From an uncultured Verrucomicrobiales bacterium (GTDB lineage: Bacteria > Verrucomicrobiota > Verrucomicrobiia > Verrucomicrobiales > Akkermansiaceae), in contig CALLLS010000009.1 of assembly GCA_938008215.1 (NCBI GenBank), forward strand, positions 8,300-72,299: DNA of 64,000 nt, in the 5' to 3' direction. The notes beneath the pieces were generated by a model that searched no databases, was not told where the DNA came from, and saw nothing but the letters and a program-made list of their open reading frames with translations. Each line of letters begins with the position of its first letter. Positions within the stretch are counted from its first letter, which is position 1. This document shows, piece by piece, positions 60,001-64,000 of the stretch. Position numbers and translations under genes: made by a program.

Positions 60001-60793
60001 CGTCATCATACCTGTCTTCCCAGGAAGTAATTGTGAGTATGATACCGCTAAAGCCTTCGAGGAAGCTGGAGCATTAGCGGAGACTCTCGTCTTCCGTAAT
60101 CTCACTAGCCAAGCGGTAGAAGAATCGATCAATGCCCTCGTGAAACAGGTGGAAAACTCGCAAATCCTTATGCTCCCTGGTGGCTTCAGTGCGGGAGATG
60201 AACCTGATGGCTCTGGGAAATTCATCGCTGCCGTGATCCGAAACGAGAAAGTGAAGGACGCTATCCACCGCCTCCTTTATGAGCGCGATGGACTGATTCT
60301 GGGAATTTGTAACGGCTTCCAAGCCCTCATTAAAACCGGGCTCCTGCCACATGGCATGATTGGAGAGTCCACCGCCGCAGATCCCACGCTCACCTTTAAC
60401 ACGATTGGACGTCACGTCGCCCGATACGCGGAAACACGTGTTTCCTCCGTGAAAAGCCCGTGGCTCTCAAACTGCCAAGTTGGTGACGTGCATAATATCG
60501 CATTTTCGCATGGAGAAGGACGCTTTACGGCTTCTCAAGAGTCTTTAGACACTATGCTGAAGAATGGACAGATTGTCACGCAATACGTGAATGACCAAGG
60601 ACAGGCGAGCATGGACATCTCCGCGAACCCGAACGGCTCCATCATGGCAGTTGAAGGCATCTGCTCCCCTGACGGAAAAGTCCTCGGAAAAATGGGGCAT
60701 AATGAACGAAAAGGCTCACTTCTCGCTAAGAACCTTCCAGGGAATAAACATCAACCACTCTTTCGTGCAGGGGTAGAGTATTTCTTGGACTAG
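57029..60793 (+). CDS. purL: phosphoribosylformylglycinamidine synthase, single-chain large form
   Basis: ~1250 aa. Contains an N-terminal PurS-like region, an FGAM synthetase core (NHPTEIEPFGGAATC) and a C-terminal glutaminase (GICNGFQ). The start is trimmed to 57029. Confidence 0.9.
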   Translation: MLRRVYVEKKEAFAREGESLLHELKESLGAHAVTGIRVLQRYDVEGLSEEEFAEACRSVFSEPQVDIFDVEMPILPTETAFAVEYLPGQFDQRADSAAKCLKILTGNDSALVAHAKVYFLTGDPSNEELTEIKNYVINPVDSREASLLVPETLLKEASEPADVAILECFISKSEGELAEMAMQYGLAMSVADLLHIQAQYRDKEERDPTITELKMLDTYWSDHCRHTTFLTALDRIDFAEDCPPCFEEAYASYKEARDYVYGADTPRPETMMDMACIAMKELRKSGELDNLEVSEEINAASIEVPIEINGEMEDYLIMFKNETHNHPTEIEPFGGAATCLGGAIRDPLSGRSYVYQAMRVTGAADPTLPFDQTMPGKLPQKKICVEAAEGYSSYGNQIGLATGDVSEVYHPNYVAKRMEIGAVVAAAPKKNVFRGSSSPGDVILLMGGRTGRDGIGGATGSSKEHTETALENSAEVQKGNPPVERALQRLFRNPVLAPKIKICNDFGAGGVSVAIGELAPSLEIDLDQVRKKYDGLDGTEIAISESQERMAVIVSPADVDYFIAEADKENLECYKVADVTDTGRLVMRWRGKVIVDLERDFLDTNGVTPASSARIEAPISDASPLGKAYQGLSEGEIETQFYNLAADLNFTSQKGLKERFDGTIGAGTVLHPLGGENQLTPPDAMCALVPVLNGSTNHCTFFSWGFNPRLASWSPFHGAAYALTQSVCKIVSAGGKLAEIRLTLQEYFEKLGSDPVRWGKPTAALLGALHVQRSLRLAAIGGKDSMSGTFKDIDVPPTLVSFALAPGLATHAMSPELKRTDTSLYLVQIPRISDGLPDFKALMAIAKELHILIAKGLVDAAHTLGEGGIAEGLMKMTLGNSIGVKLTNKALGSQDALFRERYASFLIEMKTAPPASLHAQLLGKTQAEPEITLFDGEVSLDTLQEHYLQTLETVYPNQPRLSDAPSIPVKTISSDVAPSKTKSLKTTAEPRVIIPVFPGSNCEYDTAKAFEEAGALAETLVFRNLTSQAVEESINALVKQVENSQILMLPGGFSAGDEPDGSGKFIAAVIRNEKVKDAIHRLLYERDGLILGICNGFQALIKTGLLPHGMIGESTAADPTLTFNTIGRHVARYAETRVSSVKSPWLSNCQVGDVHNIAFSHGEGRFTASQESLDTMLKNGQIVTQYVNDQGQASMDISANPNGSIMAVEGICSPDGKVLGKMGHNERKGSLLAKNLPGNKHQPLFRAGVEYFLD

Positions 60794-60841
60794 GAACTAG
60801 TTCACGCAGATAGGCAGAATGATAAAAAAAGAAAAAAACCG

Positions 60842-60876
60842 TTGCGTCTTTGCGACTTTGCGAGAGATATAAAACT
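60842..60876 (+). repeat. solo copy of the TTTGCG-heptad element abutting the rsfS start
   Basis: TTGCGTCTTTGCGACTTTGCGAGAGATATAAAACT-ATG. Within the 26-nt core TTTGCGxCTTTGCGAGAGATATAAAA there is 1 mismatch to 57000-57025. Confidence 0.85.
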
Positions 60877-61233
60877 ATGTCATCATCTCTAGAACTCGCC
60901 AAAGCTTGTGCGAAAGCCGCATACCAAGTCCAAGCGGAGGATATTAAGGTGCTAGATCTCAGAGGGATTTCTCCCCTCACTGACTTTCTCGTCATCTGCT
61001 CGGGCACTTCCATGCCTCACTTAAAGGCAGTGATGCGTGATATACAGAACGATATGGCAGAGCTGAAAAAAGAGACTCCACATTACTCTGAGGGTAAAGC
61101 CGATAGCCGTTGGGTGATCTTAGACTACATCGATGTCATGGTGCACGTCATGCATGAGGACATGCGTGAAGTCTATAAACTGGAAGATCTCTGGGGTGAT
61201 GGTAAGGAAATTGACTGGCAAGAAGCTGGGTAG
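60877..61233 (+). CDS. rsfS: ribosome silencing factor
   Basis: Iojap/RsfS blocks LTDFLVICSGTS and WVILDYIDVMVHVM...LEDLW. Confidence 0.85.
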   Translation: MSSSLELAKACAKAAYQVQAEDIKVLDLRGISPLTDFLVICSGTSMPHLKAVMRDIQNDMAELKKETPHYSEGKADSRWVILDYIDVMVHVMHEDMREVYKLEDLWGDGKEIDWQEAG

Positions 61234-61291
61234 CGAACTGCTTCTAAAGTGACAATTCAAAGATAGTGGGCATTCTTATCTGCTAATAGCT

Positions 61292-62053
61292 CTAACTCAC
61301 CTCTATTGACACGGGACAGTGATCACTCCCTAAAACATCGGCGTGTATTTTAGGAGCCGATACATTCTCGTGGAACGCTTTACTTACTCCAAAGTAATCT
61401 AAACGCCACCCGACGTTATTCCCTCGTGCCCCGGCACGATAGCTCCACCATGAGTAAGCACCTTCTAGAGTGGGATTTTCATGACGAAAGGTATCAATGA
61501 AGCCCGCTACCAACAAACTGGTGAAACTCTCGCGCTCTGGGTCAGAGAAGCCTGGACTGTGGCGATTGGTATTTGGGCGTGCGAGGTCTATCTCGTGATG
61601 ACAGACATTTAGATCACCACAAAAAATGACAGGCTTAGATTTCTCTAAACCCATCAGATACTCTCTAAAAGCAGTATCCCATCGGAGGCGATAATCTAAG
61701 CGTCTTAGCTCACTTTGCGCGTTTGGAGTATAAACCGTAACGAGATGGAAGTCCTCATATGTAGCGGTTATGACTCTCCCCTCTGTATCTAGCTCTGGAA
61801 CTCCTATACCGTAGGAGACTTCTAGTGGCTCCGTCTTCGTAAAGATCGCTGTTCCGGAGTAGCCCGCTTTCTCCGCTGAATTCCAATACGTCTTATATCC
61901 CGCCATGCTCAGAGGAAGCTCCACCTGCTCCGCTCTTGCCTTCGTCTCCTGTAAGCATAGCACGTCAGGATCATGTTCCTGAACGAACTCTTCGAAATTC
62001 TTTTTCAGAACCGCCCGAATCCCATTCACATTCCATGAGTATAGCTTAGTCAT
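61292..62053 (-). CDS. xth: exodeoxyribonuclease III
   Basis: WNVNGIRA, LQETK and a C-terminal SDHCPV motif. Confidence 0.9.
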   Translation of the reverse strand: MTKLYSWNVNGIRAVLKKNFEEFVQEHDPDVLCLQETKARAEQVELPLSMAGYKTYWNSAEKAGYSGTAIFTKTEPLEVSYGIGVPELDTEGRVITATYEDFHLVTVYTPNAQSELRRLDYRLRWDTAFREYLMGLEKSKPVIFCGDLNVCHHEIDLARPNTNRHSPGFSDPERESFTSLLVAGFIDTFRHENPTLEGAYSWWSYRAGARGNNVGWRLDYFGVSKAFHENVSAPKIHADVLGSDHCPVSIEVS

Positions 62054-62303
62054 GCCTCCGTGTTAGCATGCTTGTCTCTAATGTCTATCACACTACACGA
62101 CAAAATCCCCAGCCTGTTAGCACTTTGCACATGGTAAGGTCGCTTTGATAGCGGAACAGCGAATTCATTTGGGAATACTCCTCAAGCTTTAGTTTGAGCA
62201 GTTCCGCCTAGGGAGGTTTTACCGCAAAGGTCGCTAAGAACGTAAAGGGGGGTTTATTTTACAGTGATGTCGTCGGCGGAAGGTATTTACACTTCCGAAC
62301 GCA

Positions 62304-62891
62304 ATGGTTATTTGGTATAAACAAGCTTTCTTCCCGCCAATACCAATCAAAAGAGCCAATATGCAACTAAACAATCACAAGGAGAAACCTAAGCGTTTAG
62401 ACCCCACCACGGATACTCTCAAGAGTCTTTATCTAAAATCTGGTAATCAGTGTGCATTTCCTTGTTGCCAGAAGGTAATGATGATTGGCGACACTCGGTT
62501 CGGTCAGGTTTGCCATATTGAGGACGCTCTTCCGGGTGGTAGATGGAACCCTACGAGATCGAATGAAGATAATAGGCGTGAGGATAACTTAATGCTCTTT
62601 TGCTATGAGCATCATAAAATCACTGATAACGTGGTCAATTATCCCTCCGAGGATTTAAAGGAAATGAAGAGAATTCATGAGCATCGTATTACTAAGGGAA
62701 TTACACCCACTGTAGTGGAGATAAGTGGAGATGGAGACGTAACAATGTATCGAGCCAATATTAGCGGGGGCGCTCAGTTCAAAACTGCAGGTGCGGGTAA
62801 AAAGAGGATTGTAAATCTAAATGTTGAAGGCGGCAAAAATAGCCACTTAACTGAGGAAGACTTCCTCCCGCCTCTGGGCGACGAAGTATAA
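62304..62891 (+). CDS. stand-alone HNH endonuclease-family protein
   Basis: SGNQCAFPCC...VCHIEDA...NLMLFCYEHHKITD fits an HNH beta-beta-alpha-metal finger. The likely start is the ATG at 62361 (MQLNNH...). Confidence 0.55.
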   Translation: MVIWYKQAFFPPIPIKRANMQLNNHKEKPKRLDPTTDTLKSLYLKSGNQCAFPCCQKVMMIGDTRFGQVCHIEDALPGGRWNPTRSNEDNRREDNLMLFCYEHHKITDNVVNYPSEDLKEMKRIHEHRITKGITPTVVEISGDGDVTMYRANISGGAQFKTAGAGKKRIVNLNVEGGKNSHLTEEDFLPPLGDEV

Positions 62892-62976
62892 AAACAAGAT
62901 ATTAAGAAGAATATCTCAATCCTTTACAATTCAGACTTGGCTTGATCAAGATACGAAGACAGCAAGCTAAAAGGCT

Positions 62977-63999
62977 TTAACCGATCTGAGGGCTTCTAGC
63001 ATCGGACGCGGTCATGTCCATTGGGAAGTCTGTCATATAGAGCTCCGCAATGTCTTCAACTTCCATAATAGATTCTACTTGGCAAAGCCTCTGTCGTAAG
63101 GGTTTGGCACCATGAAATCCTTTACAGTAAGCCATAAGTCGAGAGCGCATAGCCATAATGGTATGTCTCTCACCACCATAGCGGTCAGAGTCCACCGCTA
63201 GGCGGCAGTGCCTAACGATCATTTCCCAGCGCTCTTTCACTGGTATGGCGGGCATGCTTTGACCTGTTTCTAAGAAATACTTCGCTTCTTTAAAGACCCA
63301 GGGGTATTGCATGGCGGCGCGACCTATCATGACACCACTTACCGCTGTTTCTTCCTTCCTTCTTCTTACATCCTCACCAGAAGAAATGTCTCCATTACCG
63401 ATCACAGGAACGCTGACGGAGCGTGCGGCTTCATCAATGATATTCCAGTCAGCTTCTCCCCGATACGATTGAGCACGCGTGCGACCATGGATGGAGATGG
63501 CTTGAATCCCAGTGTCTTCTAAGATTTTACAGACTTCTACCGCATTGCGTGATTTCTCATCCCAGCCTGTTCGTATCTTAGCGGTCACGGGGACTTGATC
63601 TCCCACCGCTTTTATGACGCCTTCTGCTACCTGTTGCACACTATCGCAACAACGCAGGAGTGCAGATCCACCATTCTTAGAGACCACCTTATTTACAGGG
63701 CACCCATAGTTTATGTCGATAAAGTCTGGCTGCTTCCAATCGATGATTTTCTTAGCGGCTTCACCGAGCCTTTCTCCGTCCCCACCAAAGAGTTGGACGC
63801 CTACAGGACGTTGTCCTTCATGAAAAGTGGTGTATTTCCTAGTGCGGTCATCTTGTCGAATAATCCCTTCTGCAGAGACGAACTCGGTTACCATCACATC
63901 CGCTCCCAGTTCCTTACAAATCGTGCGAAAGGTAACGTCTGTTACTCCTGCCATGGGGGCGAGGAAAACAGGAAAGCGATCTTTAAACCAAGGCAGCAT
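62977..63999 (-). CDS. dus: tRNA-dihydrouridine synthase
   Basis: LAPMAGVTD opening, a TIM-barrel FMN site and the NYGCP motif. Confidence 0.85.
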   Translation of the reverse strand: MLPWFKDRFPVFLAPMAGVTDVTFRTICKELGADVMVTEFVSAEGIIRQDDRTRKYTTFHEGQRPVGVQLFGGDGERLGEAAKKIIDWKQPDFIDINYGCPVNKVVSKNGGSALLRCCDSVQQVAEGVIKAVGDQVPVTAKIRTGWDEKSRNAVEVCKILEDTGIQAISIHGRTRAQSYRGEADWNIIDEAARSVSVPVIGNGDISSGEDVRRRKEETAVSGVMIGRAAMQYPWVFKEAKYFLETGQSMPAIPVKERWEMIVRHCRLAVDSDRYGGERHTIMAMRSRLMAYCKGFHGAKPLRQRLCQVESIMEVEDIAELYMTDFPMDMTASDARSPQIG

Positions 64000-64000
64000 A

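Overview
The window is mostly conserved chromosomal backbone. The gene content suggests a Verrucomicrobiota/PVC-type bacterium: a MurC-MurB fusion, many prepilin-type proteins, and an FtsZ with a very long tail. This taxonomic call is inference only.

Recognisable blocks:
- Envelope genes: tmk, plsC, an ArnT-like GT39, skp-lpxD.
- Cofactor genes: panC, nadB, ribBA, and thiC behind a TPP riboswitch.
- A distal dcw cluster: murG, murC/B, ddl, ftsQ, ftsA, ftsZ.
- The tgt-yajC-secDF operon.
- A 2-oxoacid dehydrogenase E1a/E1b/E2 set.
- purC and purL, rsfS, xth and a dus gene.

No IS element, integrase, prophage or CRISPR array was seen.

The unusual material falls into three groups.
1. Dispersed secretion or pilus parts with no ATPase, platform protein or prepilin peptidase in the window. 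These are a lipoprotein carrying a GspG globular domain, a TPR-fused secretin translationally coupled to an unknown membrane protein, and a GspH-I-J-K-ordered pseudopilin operon. That operon contains a 1092-aa GspK-like giant, and its first gene appears to need a non-ATG start.
2. A GxxExxY (PD-(D/E)XK) gene bracketed by a perfect 18-bp inverted repeat between purC and purL. Related TTTGCG-heptad elements sit directly upstream of two or three other start codons.
3. Small AT-rich islets. One holds an Rx4H (HEPN-like) ORF next to a DinJ-MazF hybrid toxin-antitoxin pair. One holds a Sec-exported protein with a polymorphic-toxin-like linker. One holds a stand-alone HNH protein.

The single tRNA reads as tRNA-Leu with an A34 (AAG) anticodon.

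All functional calls come from motif recognition by eye. No database search was run.
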